Source of the DNA: Candidatus Azotimanducaceae bacterium
GTDB taxonomy: Bacteria; Pseudomonadota; Gammaproteobacteria; Pseudomonadales; Azotimanducaceae
Assembly: GCA_965206615.1 (NCBI GenBank)
Contig: CBDBKI010000005.1
Span: 2,387,318 to 2,451,317 of the forward strand
DNA length: 64,000 bases
Reading direction: 5' to 3'
Below are positions 27,428 to 36,958 of this stretch, piece after piece. A program made the position numbers and the translations under genes. Position 1 is the first letter of the stretch. The number at the start of each line of letters is the position of its first letter. The notes beneath the pieces were generated by a model that saw nothing but the letters and a program-made list of their open reading frames with translations, ran no database searches and had not been told where the DNA came from.

Positions 27428-28753
27428 TCAGCGGTGCCGCTCGGCGATCGCCGCAAGCCCCTCGTCGAGTTCCGCGCGGTCCAGCCATCGACCGCGGACC
27501 ATGACGCCCTCGATCCGGCGCGTCGCCGCGATGTCGACGAGCGGGTTGGCCGCCAGCAGGATCAGGTCCGCGGCCCGTCCCGCGGCGATGACGCCCCAGT
27601 CGGAGGTGCCGAAGAAGCTCGCCGGCGCGGACGTGCCCGTGGCCAGGGCCTCGAACGGCGTCAGACCGGCGGCCACCATGCTCTCGAGCTCCCGGTGGAT
27701 GGAGAAGCCGGGGACGTTGAAGGTTTGCGGCGAGTCCGAACCGAGCAGCACGGGCACGCCGGCGTCGTGCAGCGCCTTGATGAGCGCCTTGCGCGTGGCC
27801 AGGAACGCCGCGGCGCTCGCGGCGTCGATCCGGGGCGCCACGCGCCGCTGCCGTTCGACGTAGCGTTGCCGCAGGTCGCCCGGCAGGTACCGGAACTCCG
27901 GGCGTCGGGTCATGGCCTCCCACTCCGGGGCGTTGGCCGTGTTTTCGAGCAATGTCTCCGTGGGCACGACGGCGCCCCCCGATTGCCGGGTCCGCTCGGC
28001 GGCGGCACCGACCCGGGCGGCATCCACGAAAGGCGCGAGGCCCAACCCGAAGGAAAACGCCGCGCCCTCCGGTGGCCGCTCGTCGTCGGGGACCAGCACG
28101 TTGAAGTAGCCGTCGAGGTGATCCACCGTCGTCTGGCCCGCGGCCAGGCTCCGCCACAGGCCGACCGACGCGGTGACGTGTCCGGCGAAGGTGATGCCGG
28201 TCTCACGGGCTGCGGTCGCGAGCGCCTCGAACTCGTCGGCCGACAGGCCGGGGTGGATCTTGAGGAAGTCGTAGCCCGCTTCGTGCTGGGCGCGCACGCG
28301 CTCCGCCACCGCTGCCGGGCCGCCGGCGCTGCGGCCGCTGAACGACGGGCCCGATGTGATGAGCCGGGGCCCGAGGACGCGATGCGCCAGGAGATCGTCG
28401 CGCAGCGCGAGATGGCTGGGAACGCCGAGCATGCCGCGCGCCATCGTCACGCCGTTCGCGACCCAGAGGAAGAGCACTTCGTCGCGGTATGCCCGCTCCA
28501 CCGGGACGTGTGCGTGCATCTCGGCGAGGCCCGGGATCAGGAAGCGGTCGGTGCCGTCGATGATGCGGGCATCGGCGGAGACGGACGAGCCTCCCGCGCC
28601 GATGGACACGACCCTGCCGTCCCGCACCGTGACGTCCCGGTCCGCCTGGATGCCGGGTTCCAGCATGGAAATCACGTTGACGCGCGTGATGACGGTGTCG
28701 TCGGCGGCGCCGGCCGTCGCGAGGAGCACCGCGAACAGGAGCCGGACGGTCAT
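27428..28753 (-). CDS. Secreted amidohydrolase-family metallohydrolase
   Basis: Signal peptide MTVRLLFAVLLATAGA, metal motif IPGLAEMHAHVP, later KIHPG, GHV and LGSDSP. The start is taken at ATG 28753. Confidence 0.8.
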   Translation of the reverse strand: MTVRLLFAVLLATAGAADDTVITRVNVISMLEPGIQADRDVTVRDGRVVSIGAGGSSVSADARIIDGTDRFLIPGLAEMHAHVPVERAYRDEVLFLWVANGVTMARGMLGVPSHLALRDDLLAHRVLGPRLITSGPSFSGRSAGGPAAVAERVRAQHEAGYDFLKIHPGLSADEFEALATAARETGITFAGHVTASVGLWRSLAAGQTTVDHLDGYFNVLVPDDERPPEGAAFSFGLGLAPFVDAARVGAAAERTRQSGGAVVPTETLLENTANAPEWEAMTRRPEFRYLPGDLRQRYVERQRRVAPRIDAASAAAFLATRKALIKALHDAGVPVLLGSDSPQTFNVPGFSIHRELESMVAAGLTPFEALATGTSAPASFFGTSDWGVIAAGRAADLILLAANPLVDIAATRRIEGVMVRGRWLDRAELDEGLAAIAERHR

Positions 28754-28775
28754 CGCGCGAACTTCGTTCGCGTTG

Positions 28776-28799
28776 GGAGTTTCGCTGGCGCGAAACTCC
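28776..28799. repeat. Short palindromic repeat GGAGTTTCGC-TGGC-GCGAAACTCC
   Basis: 10-bp stem with a 4-nt loop. A near-identical hairpin with similar CGCGTTG flanks recurs at 63949-63972. Confidence 0.55.
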
Positions 28800-28888
28800 C
28801 GTGGAACCAAGTGCTGGTGCGCCGTCCAAGCGGTGTGGAGGACCCAAAGTCCGACACACTGTTAGCTTGGCAGGGCACTTGCCGGAGC

Positions 28889-29701
28889 CTACCGGTCACT
28901 GTAGCTGACGCCCATCCCCGCGCGGGCATCGTTGTTCACGCCGTACGGCGCGATGGGGTAGCGCAGGCCGTTGCCGGACAGCCGATCGAGCCCCGCGACG
29001 ACCCCCGGCAGGAAGTGCGGCGGCAGCGCCATCAGCAGTTCGTCCTCCATGACGCCGCCGTAACGGCGCTCCGCGAAGCAGGGGATGGAGAGGCTCGGCT
29101 CGCCAGTCTTGAGCGCCCGTCCCCACGAATCGGCACACGCGGACTCGCCGACGCAGCCCCACTCGAGCTTCCTGTACCCGGTCCACTGCAGGCCGTTGAT
29201 GAACAGGATCATCTGCGCCGGCGTCGCATGGATCATGGCGATGTCCGGCGGGTCCAGGCGCCCGCTCGCGAGGGGGCTCACGGCCATCGCCTCGTACTTG
29301 CCGAAGGGCACCACGTCCATGGCGTGCTGGTGCTCGGAGGAGCCCTCGACGGTCTCGTACCAGACGCCCGCCATGTTCTTGCCGGACAGCCACTCTTCGT
29401 CGCGCGGATGCAGCCCGATGACGGTGGAGCATTGGGCGCCGACCAGGTCTTCCGCCGTGATGCCCACCGTCCAGCCGTTGCGGCACGCCTGACCGACGAT
29501 CTGGTCGGTGGTGTGGATGGAGCCGGGCCGGCGGATGCGCGGTATGGCTTCCATTTCCGCGACCGTCTCGAACATCTTCATCCCGATCGGCGTCGCCCGC
29601 AGGCGCAGCAGGCGGTTGAGGTCCGCGACGAGTCCGCCCCAGTCGAGCGCGGTCAGGTCGGTGGAGATGATTTCCGGGCCGCTGGTGGATTGGTGTGCCA
29701 T
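28889..29701 (-). CDS. DUF169 domain protein
   Basis: Its overall pattern (...LRATPIGMKMFE...GQACRNGWTVG...CADSWGRALKTGEPSLSIPC...) resembles the DUF169/COG2043 family as I recall it. The start could also be TTG 29713, which overlaps the upstream stop. Confidence 0.6.
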   Translation of the reverse strand: MAHQSTSGPEIISTDLTALDWGGLVADLNRLLRLRATPIGMKMFETVAEMEAIPRIRRPGSIHTTDQIVGQACRNGWTVGITAEDLVGAQCSTVIGLHPRDEEWLSGKNMAGVWYETVEGSSEHQHAMDVVPFGKYEAMAVSPLASGRLDPPDIAMIHATPAQMILFINGLQWTGYRKLEWGCVGESACADSWGRALKTGEPSLSIPCFAERRYGGVMEDELLMALPPHFLPGVVAGLDRLSGNGLRYPIAPYGVNNDARAGMGVSYSDR

Positions 29702-29709
29702 GGCGCTGC

Positions 29710-30549
29710 TCAACTCACCTTGATCCGGTCGAAGCTGGGCGGCCGCTTCTCCATGAAAGAACGCACGCCCTCGCGGAAGTCCGGGCGGTCGAGGCTCTCG
29801 TCCATCAACCGGGTGGTCTCCTCCATGGCGGGACCGACGGGCATGTCGACGTGCTTGTAGACCTGCTGCTTCATGATCATGAGCGACATGGGCGAGGCGT
29901 TCGCTGCGAGCTGCCGGATGTACTCCTTCGCGTCGTGCACGGACTCGCCGGTCTCGCAGAGGCGGTCGCCGAGACCCATTGCCACGGCCTCTTCGCCGCC
30001 GATGCGGCGGGCGGTCCAGAGGATGTCGAGGGCCTTCGCCGGCCCGAGCAGGCGCGGCAGGATCCAGCTCATGCCGTGCTCCGCGACCAGCCCGCGCTGG
30101 GAGAAGGCGGTGGTGAACTTGGCGGTCTTCTCGACGAAACGCAGGTCCGAGAGCAGGGCGTAGCTCATGCCGAGCCCGGCGGCGGCGCCGTTCACCGCCG
30201 CGATCAACGGTTTGCGCAGGCCGATAAGGTGGTCGTAGATGTGGGCGAAGTCGGGGCCCATGTCCGGGTTGCCGGGCCGGGCGTCGAGGTGGGAGAAGTC
30301 GTCCTCCTCCTCACGCTCGCCCCCGCTGGCGGACATCGTGTCGAGCGCGTTCATGTCCATGCCGGCGCAGAAGCCGCGGCCGGCGCCCGTCAGCACCACG
30401 CCGACCACGCGTTCGTCCTGCTCGGCCCGGGCAAGCGCGTGACGTACTTCCGCGAGCATGAGGGTCGTGAACGCGTTCAGGTTGGCGGGCCGGTTCATCG
30501 TGACGACGGCAACCGGTTCGTTCACCTCGTAGGTGATGTCCTGGTACAT
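29710..30549 (-). CDS. Enoyl-CoA hydratase/isomerase (crotonase) family protein
   Basis: VAVVTMNRP...VVLTGAGRGFCAGMDM...IAAVNGAAAGLG. ATG 30549 is preceded by GGAGA. Confidence 0.85.
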   Translation of the reverse strand: MYQDITYEVNEPVAVVTMNRPANLNAFTTLMLAEVRHALARAEQDERVVGVVLTGAGRGFCAGMDMNALDTMSASGGEREEEDDFSHLDARPGNPDMGPDFAHIYDHLIGLRKPLIAAVNGAAAGLGMSYALLSDLRFVEKTAKFTTAFSQRGLVAEHGMSWILPRLLGPAKALDILWTARRIGGEEAVAMGLGDRLCETGESVHDAKEYIRQLAANASPMSLMIMKQQVYKHVDMPVGPAMEETTRLMDESLDRPDFREGVRSFMEKRPPSFDRIKVS

Positions 30550-30611
30550 GGGTGTCTCCAATTCGTGCACTGTGAATGTACTATATGCCCGCCTTTTGGG
30601 GGACCGAAGCA

Positions 30612-31757
30612 ATGGCCATGATACTCAACGAAGAGCAGAACATGCTCAAGGACACCGCGAAGGAGTTCTGCTCCGACAACGCGCCGATCGCCCAATTGCG
30701 CAAGTTGCGCGACGACGACGACCCGGACGGCTTCGACCGTCCCACCTGGACGTCGATGGCGGAACTCGGCTGGCCGGCGATCCCGTTCCCGGAAGAACAC
30801 GGTGGCCTCGCCTTCGGTTACAAGGGCCTCGGCGTCGTGACCGAGGAGACCGGCCGCACGCTGGCCGCCAGCCCGCTGTTCGCGAGCGTCTGGGTGGGCG
30901 GTACCGCCGTGAATCTCGGCGGCAGCGAAGCGATGAAGGCGTCGATCCTGCCGCAGGTCGCTGCCGGCGAGTTGCTCCTCGCGCTCGCGCTCGAAGAATC
31001 CCACCGCCACGATCCCTACGGCGTGGCGACCGCCGCGACGGCGTCCGGCGACGGCTACGTCCTCTCCGGTTCCAAGACGTTCGTGCTCGACGGCAACGTG
31101 GCCGACAAGTTGATCGTGGCCGCCCGCACCTCCGGCGCGGCGGGTGAGCGGGACGGCATCACGCTGTTCCTCGTCGACGCGGACGCGGCGGGGATCGAGA
31201 TCACCAGGACCCGCATGACGGACAGCCGCAACGCGGCGAACGTCGAACTGCGCGACGTGTCGGTGGCGGCCGACGCGGTCATCGGAGCGGTGGGGCAGGG
31301 CGCCCATGTCCTCGATCCGACCCTCGACATCGCGCGCATCGGTATCGCCTCGGAGATGCTCGGGTCCGCGCAGGAGTGTTTCGATCGCACCGTTCAGTAT
31401 CTCAAGGAGCGCGAACAGTTCGGCGTTCCGATCGGCTCCTTCCAGGCGCTGAAGCACCGCGCCGCCAACATGTTCTGCGAGATCGAACTGTCCAAGTCCG
31501 TCGTGCTCGAGGCGCTCACCGCGCTCGACGAGGAACGTGCAGCCGGCGAGATCGCGAAACTCGCGAGCCTCGCCAAGGCCAAGGTGGGCGAGACCCTCCA
31601 CACCGTGTCGCGCGAGGGCATCCAGATGCACGGCGGCATCGGCATGACCGACGAGTTCGACATCGGCTTTTTCATCAAGCGCGCCGCCGTGACGGAGCAG
31701 ACGTTCGGCGACGTGAACTTTCATCGCAACCGGTACGGGGAACTCGAGGGGTACTGA
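30612..31757 (+). CDS. Acyl-CoA dehydrogenase family protein
   Basis: MILNEEQNMLKD..., QALKHRAANM, IQMHGGIGMTDEFDIGFFIKRA. It is divergent from the crotonase gene. Confidence 0.85.
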   Translation: MAMILNEEQNMLKDTAKEFCSDNAPIAQLRKLRDDDDPDGFDRPTWTSMAELGWPAIPFPEEHGGLAFGYKGLGVVTEETGRTLAASPLFASVWVGGTAVNLGGSEAMKASILPQVAAGELLLALALEESHRHDPYGVATAATASGDGYVLSGSKTFVLDGNVADKLIVAARTSGAAGERDGITLFLVDADAAGIEITRTRMTDSRNAANVELRDVSVAADAVIGAVGQGAHVLDPTLDIARIGIASEMLGSAQECFDRTVQYLKEREQFGVPIGSFQALKHRAANMFCEIELSKSVVLEALTALDEERAAGEIAKLASLAKAKVGETLHTVSREGIQMHGGIGMTDEFDIGFFIKRAAVTEQTFGDVNFHRNRYGELEGY

Positions 31758-31862
31758 TCCGAAGCCCCGTCCGGGCGCGCCCCACGGAGCGCGCCTGTCG
31801 AATCCCGCCCGGACCGCACCCGTCAAGGGGGTGCATTGCGTGGCAGAAGGGGGGAAGACGGG

Positions 31863-34502
31863 ATGAGGCTCACACTGGACCACCTGTGGGGAGACCGCCT
31901 GCGCGGCGTGCGCAATGCGCTGTTGTTCGCGACGGCCGCCGCTCTCGCGGCCGCCTGCGGTACGGAACCCGCGCCGGAAGCGGCCGCGCCGTCCGCCACG
32001 CAAGCCCCCGACGATCCGCTTCCGGGTGCGTTGCGTAACGAAGTCGAACTCCTGAAGGCCGCCATCTCCGAGCGCCCCACGGACGCAGCCTCCATCGCCG
32101 CACGTTCCCGGGTGCTGGCGGACTGGGTGGATGCACACGCCCTGGCTGGCCGGCCCGGCGCGCCGTTTGCGGCCTCGGTGCGGCGCTACGCTACCGTGCC
32201 GCCGGTGGGCGAGGCCGCGTTGGGCCGGAGCACGCAAGTGGATGCCTGGGTGCGCGAGTACCGCTTGCGCGACGAGGAACCGGAGGCGCTCGGCAGTCTG
32301 ACCGCCCGGACCGGACCATACGAGGCCGGGACTCTCGCGACGGCCTCCCAGACCTGGACGGCCGGCAGTCGTGGTATGGCGACGGGCGGCGGCGTGTGGG
32401 TCGCGCGCCACTTCCAAACCCTCTACGGGGAGTTCCAGACCGAGGATCCCGCCGGCGAGGGCTATGTCAGCGTCGCGAGCAGCGATGCGGACGCCGTGTT
32501 CGAGGTGGACAGCATCCTGGCCTCGGGCGCCCACGGCGGCTTCCGGGCGCCGACCGAGGCACTGGTCTTCCGCGTGGCGCAGGGCGCGGTGGATCCGGGT
32601 GAGACGGTGACCGTCACCTACGGCGACACGTCTGCCGGTGGCCCCGGATTGCGCATCACCACGGTGTCGGGCGAGAGCGTGCCGCTGCCGCTGTACGTGG
32701 ACATCGACGGTTCCGGGGACTGGTTCATGCTGCCGCTGCAACCCTTCACGATCGTCGGAACGCGCGCTACGGGCGTGCACGGATTCGCGCCGAGCGTCGT
32801 GACCGCCGGCGAGCCCTTCGCGGTGTCGGTGCGCGCCGAAGACGTGTGGTTCAACCGTGCCACCGGCGACATCCCGGGATTCGAGGTGTGGCTCGACGAC
32901 GCCGTCGCCGCCACCACGGAAGCCGGTACGGACCCCATTCAGGCGGTCTCGCTCACCATTGACGAGATCGGTCCCCACTGGATCGGGCTCCGTTCCATGG
33001 ACGGCGCGATCGTCGGCGAGGCGAATCCGGTGCTGGTGGAGGAGTCGCCGGGCCACGGCATCTACTGGGGCGACACCCATGGCCACTCCGGCTATGCGGA
33101 GGGCATCGGCAGCGTGGACTACTTCATGCGCTTCGCGCGCGACGACGCCCGTCTCGACTTCGTGACCCACTCGGAACACGACACGTTTCTCGACGAGGCG
33201 GAGTGGCGCCTCATGCGGGATACGGTGGGCCAATACGACGCGCCGGGCGAGTTCGTCCCCTACCTCGGCTACGAGTGGACCGTGCCGGCCTGGATAGGCG
33301 GTGGCCACCATAACGTCCTGTTCCGCACCACCGCGGGCCGGGAACGCGTTTCGGCCCTGGAGTACCCGACGCTCTCGAGCCTCTACCAGGGCTTGCGGGA
33401 GACCCATGATCCCGCCGACGTGGTGGTGATTCCCCATGCCCACAACCCCGGGGACGCGCGTCACTCCGACCCGCTCCTCGAACCGTTGATCGAGGTCATG
33501 TCGATGCACGGCACGTTCGAGTGGTTCATGCGGAACTACCTCGGCAACGGACACCAGGTGGGCTTCGTGGCGGCGTCGGACGACCACCTGTCGCACCCCG
33601 GCTACAGCGCGCCGAGCCGCGACTCCCTGGCGCAGCGCGGCGGTCTGGGCGCGGTCATGGCCCCGGAGCGGTCGCGCGACGCGATCTTCGACGCGATGAA
33701 GCAGCGCCGGACTTACGCGACGACGGGCGATCGCATCATCCTCGACGTCAGCCTGAACGGCGCCGGCATGGGCGAGCGGACGGACTTCGCCACGGAACGT
33801 ACGCTGCGCGGGCGCGTCATCGGCACGGCGCCCATCGACACGGTCACCGTGTTCAGGAACGACGAGCCGGTCTGGTCGCGGGACCACCTCACGGCCACCG
33901 ATGCCGGCGACGCGGTCCCGAACACCCTGCACCTGTCGTTCCATTCCGACGCCACACCGTTGCACTGGGGCGATCCACCGCGCGGCTGGCGCCACTGGCA
34001 GGGCACTCTGACGCTGCGCGGTGGGCGCATCGTCGATGCGCGCCTGACGGACGCGGCCAATCCGAGCCTGCAATATGTCGAGCAGGACGGCGATGCGCTG
34101 CGCTTCCGGACCATTACGCGCGGCGACGCGAGCACGATCGTCCTGACGGTCGCCGACGTGGCCGCGGACGCCTTCCTGGCGATCGAACTCGACGAGACGC
34201 GCGAAACCGGCTCGGCGCCGCCGATCTATCGCCCGCCGACGACCATCGCCGGCGGCAGCGTGGACCTGCCGCTCGCGCAGACCGGGGCGGGGGAAGTCCG
34301 GGCGACCATGCCCATCCCGAACTACGACGACTACATCGGCCTGCGACGGGTGCGCGCGGGGGTGCGCGACGTGGCCTTCGAGTACACCGATGCGCCGCCG
34401 GACCCGCGCCAGGGCGACTACTACTACGTGCGGGTTCAACAGGCCAACGACGCCGCGGCCTGGTCGAGCCCGATCTGGGTCGGCGGGTACCCGCACCGAT
34501 GA
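31863..34502 (+). CDS. DUF3604-type (PHP-like) metallohydrolase with ~400-aa N-terminal extension; lipoprotein signal
   Basis: Lipobox LAAAC. Metal-site-like motifs: YWGDTHGHSGYAEG, HSEHD, GYEWT, GGHHNVLF, IPHAHNPGD, ASDDHLSHPGY. It is a paralogue of 38882-41428. Confidence 0.65.
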   Translation: MRLTLDHLWGDRLRGVRNALLFATAAALAAACGTEPAPEAAAPSATQAPDDPLPGALRNEVELLKAAISERPTDAASIAARSRVLADWVDAHALAGRPGAPFAASVRRYATVPPVGEAALGRSTQVDAWVREYRLRDEEPEALGSLTARTGPYEAGTLATASQTWTAGSRGMATGGGVWVARHFQTLYGEFQTEDPAGEGYVSVASSDADAVFEVDSILASGAHGGFRAPTEALVFRVAQGAVDPGETVTVTYGDTSAGGPGLRITTVSGESVPLPLYVDIDGSGDWFMLPLQPFTIVGTRATGVHGFAPSVVTAGEPFAVSVRAEDVWFNRATGDIPGFEVWLDDAVAATTEAGTDPIQAVSLTIDEIGPHWIGLRSMDGAIVGEANPVLVEESPGHGIYWGDTHGHSGYAEGIGSVDYFMRFARDDARLDFVTHSEHDTFLDEAEWRLMRDTVGQYDAPGEFVPYLGYEWTVPAWIGGGHHNVLFRTTAGRERVSALEYPTLSSLYQGLRETHDPADVVVIPHAHNPGDARHSDPLLEPLIEVMSMHGTFEWFMRNYLGNGHQVGFVAASDDHLSHPGYSAPSRDSLAQRGGLGAVMAPERSRDAIFDAMKQRRTYATTGDRIILDVSLNGAGMGERTDFATERTLRGRVIGTAPIDTVTVFRNDEPVWSRDHLTATDAGDAVPNTLHLSFHSDATPLHWGDPPRGWRHWQGTLTLRGGRIVDARLTDAANPSLQYVEQDGDALRFRTITRGDASTIVLTVADVAADAFLAIELDETRETGSAPPIYRPPTTIAGGSVDLPLAQTGAGEVRATMPIPNYDDYIGLRRVRAGVRDVAFEYTDAPPDPRQGDYYYVRVQQANDAAAWSSPIWVGGYPHR

Positions 34503-36292
34503 TCGCGCGGGAGAAGTCCGGGCTGACGGCGGCGCTCGCGCTGGCGTCGCTGCTGGCGTCGGCCCTCGCGGGTGCGGCGGAACGGGTCTACTTCGGCGAC
34601 CTGCACCTGCATACACGCTATTCGAACGACTCCTGGAGCGGCGGCGAGACGCGCACGCCGGACGACTCGTATCGCTTCGCCAAGGGGGAGCCGGTGCGGC
34701 ACGTGGGCGGCACGCAGATCCAGCTCCGGACCCCGCTTGACTTCCTGGCGGTGAGCGACCACGCGGAAATGCTCGGCGCCCTGCAGGCACTCGCCGATCC
34801 GGAGCACCCGGATGCGGGAACGGAAGTCGCCCGGCAGGCGGCGTCGTCGGATCCCCTGACCCGTCGTCTGGCCTTGCAGGACTGGGCGCGCTCCATGCGT
34901 CATATCGACCCGAACCCGGTGCTCTTCGACCGGGTCCAGGAAGCTGGCGTGTGGGGCGAGATCGTCGCAATCGCGGACCGGCACTATGTACCCGGGGCCT
35001 TCACCACCTTCGCGGCGTTCGAGTGGACCGCCTCCACGCCGGACTTCGGCAACCTGCACCGTGTGGTGGTGTTCGAAGGCACCGACGATCTGCCGCATCC
35101 CTACTCCAGGGTCGATTCGATCCGTCCCGAGGACCTGTGGTCCTACCTCGAGGCGCAACGGATGCGGGGCGTGGACGCCATTGCGATTCCGCACAACGCC
35201 AACGTCTCGAACGGGCACATGTTCGCGCTGACCGACTCCTTCGGTGAGCCGCTGACCGCCCACTACGCGGCCCGGCGCACGTGGAATGAACCGATGCTCG
35301 AGGCCACCCAGCACAAGGGCACGTCGGAGACGCATCCGGCGCTCTCGCCCAACGACGAGTTCGCGGATTTCGAGATCTACACACGGCTGCTGAGTTCCCT
35401 CGCCGGCGAGCGGTATGGCGAGCCCCGGGGCAGCTACGTGCGCGAGGCGTACCTGAACGGCATCGCGCTGCAGGCGCAGTCCGGCTTCAACCCGTTCCAG
35501 TTCGGCCTCTCGGGCGCGTCGGACTTTCACGCGGGGGTCTCCGCTATCGAGGAGGACAACATGGCCGCCGCGAGCGGTCCGTTTTCCGGCAGTACTCCGG
35601 AGAAGCGCATGGCGCGTCCGCCCGCGGGCATGGTCGTGGGGGCGTCCGGCCTCACCGCGGCATGGGCCGACGGGAACACGCGCGAGGCGCTCTTCGCGGC
35701 GTTCCGGCGTCGCGAGACGTACGGCACGACCGGCACCCGCATCACGCTGCGCTTCTTTGGCGGGTGGCAGTACGAAGCGGCGCTTCTCGAAGCGGAGGAT
35801 CGCGTGGCGCGCGCCTACGCAGGCGGCGTGCCGATGGGCGGCGTGCTCCCCAGGCAGGCGGACGGTGCGCCCGGGTTCGCCGTCTGGGCGGCCCGGGACC
35901 CCGGCAGCGGCAACCTGGATCGCATCCAGATCGTCAAGGGCTTCGTGCGCGAGGGCGTGCCGCAGGAACGCATCTTCGATGTGGCGCTCGGCGGCGAGCA
36001 CCGGCGCACCGACGACGGCGTGGCGCCGGTCGGCAACACGGTCGACCTCGAGACCGCCACCTACGAGAACACCGTCGGCGCGGCGACGCTGGCCGCGGTG
36101 TGGCAGGACCCGGAGTTCGACCCGGCCTCGCCGGCGTTTTACTACGTCCGTGTCCTGGAGATCCCGACGCCGCGGTGGACCTTGCATGACTCGGTGGCCA
36201 CGGGGATCCCGCTGCCCGAGGGCGTGCCGGCCACGTTGCAGGAACGGGCGTTCACGTCGCCCATCTGGTATCTGCCGGGAAGACCCGACTGA
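34499..36292 (+). CDS. DUF3604 domain protein (secreted)
   Basis: Its ATG overlaps the upstream stop (ATGA). It has a signal peptide, then YFGDLHLHTRYSNDSW, FLAVSDHAE, FEWTAS...GNLHRVVVF and IPHNANVSNG. Confidence 0.75.
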   Translation: MIAREKSGLTAALALASLLASALAGAAERVYFGDLHLHTRYSNDSWSGGETRTPDDSYRFAKGEPVRHVGGTQIQLRTPLDFLAVSDHAEMLGALQALADPEHPDAGTEVARQAASSDPLTRRLALQDWARSMRHIDPNPVLFDRVQEAGVWGEIVAIADRHYVPGAFTTFAAFEWTASTPDFGNLHRVVVFEGTDDLPHPYSRVDSIRPEDLWSYLEAQRMRGVDAIAIPHNANVSNGHMFALTDSFGEPLTAHYAARRTWNEPMLEATQHKGTSETHPALSPNDEFADFEIYTRLLSSLAGERYGEPRGSYVREAYLNGIALQAQSGFNPFQFGLSGASDFHAGVSAIEEDNMAAASGPFSGSTPEKRMARPPAGMVVGASGLTAAWADGNTREALFAAFRRRETYGTTGTRITLRFFGGWQYEAALLEAEDRVARAYAGGVPMGGVLPRQADGAPGFAVWAARDPGSGNLDRIQIVKGFVREGVPQERIFDVALGGEHRRTDDGVAPVGNTVDLETATYENTVGAATLAAVWQDPEFDPASPAFYYVRVLEIPTPRWTLHDSVATGIPLPEGVPATLQERAFTSPIWYLPGRPD

Positions 36293-36399
36293 CGCGCCCG
36301 AGAGGCGATGTCGCACGTCTGTCGGGGTTGCTATCCTACGCCTGTCCGAGCGCGACGAACGGTATCGTCGACCCGTTCCCGGAGGGGCTCGGCAAGCGC

Positions 36400-36921
36400 A
36401 TGAACGATACGAAAGACACACAGGCCATGAAAAGCGAGGGTCGTGCGGGCCGTCGCGACGGCGTCAGCAACGAACTGGTCGGCATCCTGACCATGGGTGT
36501 CGCCATGATTGGCGTGTCGCTGGCGAGCTGGACCACGCTGCATGCGGAAATCGGCGGTCTGCGCGAGGACATGGGCCAGTTGCGCTCGGACATGCGCGCA
36601 GACATGGACCAGATGCGCTCGGATGTGCGCGCGGACATGGACCGGCTGCGCACGGACATCGGCAAGGACATGGCCCAGCTCCGCACCGACATCCATGCGG
36701 ACATGGAGCAACTGCGTTCGGACCTGCATGGCGACATGGAGCAGCTGCGCTCGGACGTGGGTGACGATGTCCAGGAACTGCGCACGGATATCGGCGCGCT
36801 GGGTGTGAGCGTCGGCCGGCTGGACGATCGGATGCGGGCGGTCGAGACGAGGCTGGCCGTGGTCGAGACGCAGACCGGATCCGCGTCGGTAGTGCCTCCA
36901 GCGGACCTGGGAGAGGCCTGA
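36400..36921 (+). CDS. Membrane-anchored protein with seven tandem 11-residue repeats
   Basis: One TM segment (LVGILTMGVAMIGVSLASW) is followed by 7 x [x-x-x-D-M-x-Q-L-R-S/T-D] and a coiled-coil tail (LDDRMRAVETRLAVVET). I recognise no family. Confidence 0.65.
   Translation: MNDTKDTQAMKSEGRAGRRDGVSNELVGILTMGVAMIGVSLASWTTLHAEIGGLREDMGQLRSDMRADMDQMRSDVRADMDRLRTDIGKDMAQLRTDIHADMEQLRSDLHGDMEQLRSDVGDDVQELRTDIGALGVSVGRLDDRMRAVETRLAVVETQTGSASVVPPADLGEA
36559..36789 (+). repeat. 7 x 33-bp in-frame tandem repeat inside the CDS
   Basis: Units LREDMGQLRSD / MRADMDQMRSD / VRADMDRLRTD / IGKDMAQLRTD / IHADMEQLRSD / LHGDMEQLRSD / VGDDVQELRTD. Confidence 0.9.
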
Positions 36922-36958
36922 GAGGCCGCGCGCCCGGATCAGGGCGGCGTCTCTCGGG

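Noticed and set aside
30522-34970. 1482-aa ORF on the minus strand. Similar very long ORFs occur at 12791-15175(-), 27365-29860(+), 34436-36421(-), 39794-41491(+), 48974-50665(+), 52147-54030(+), 53876-56047(+) and 58274-60607(-).
   Set aside because: They are antisense or out of frame to ORFs with clear family signatures. Their translations are Arg/Ala/Gly/Pro-rich with no recognisable motifs. Stop-free alternative frames are expected in DNA this GC-rich.
36559-36789. The 33-bp periodic repeat as a possible CRISPR array.
   Set aside because: The units are contiguous with no spacers. They are in frame inside a well-supported CDS and diverge mainly at wobble positions.
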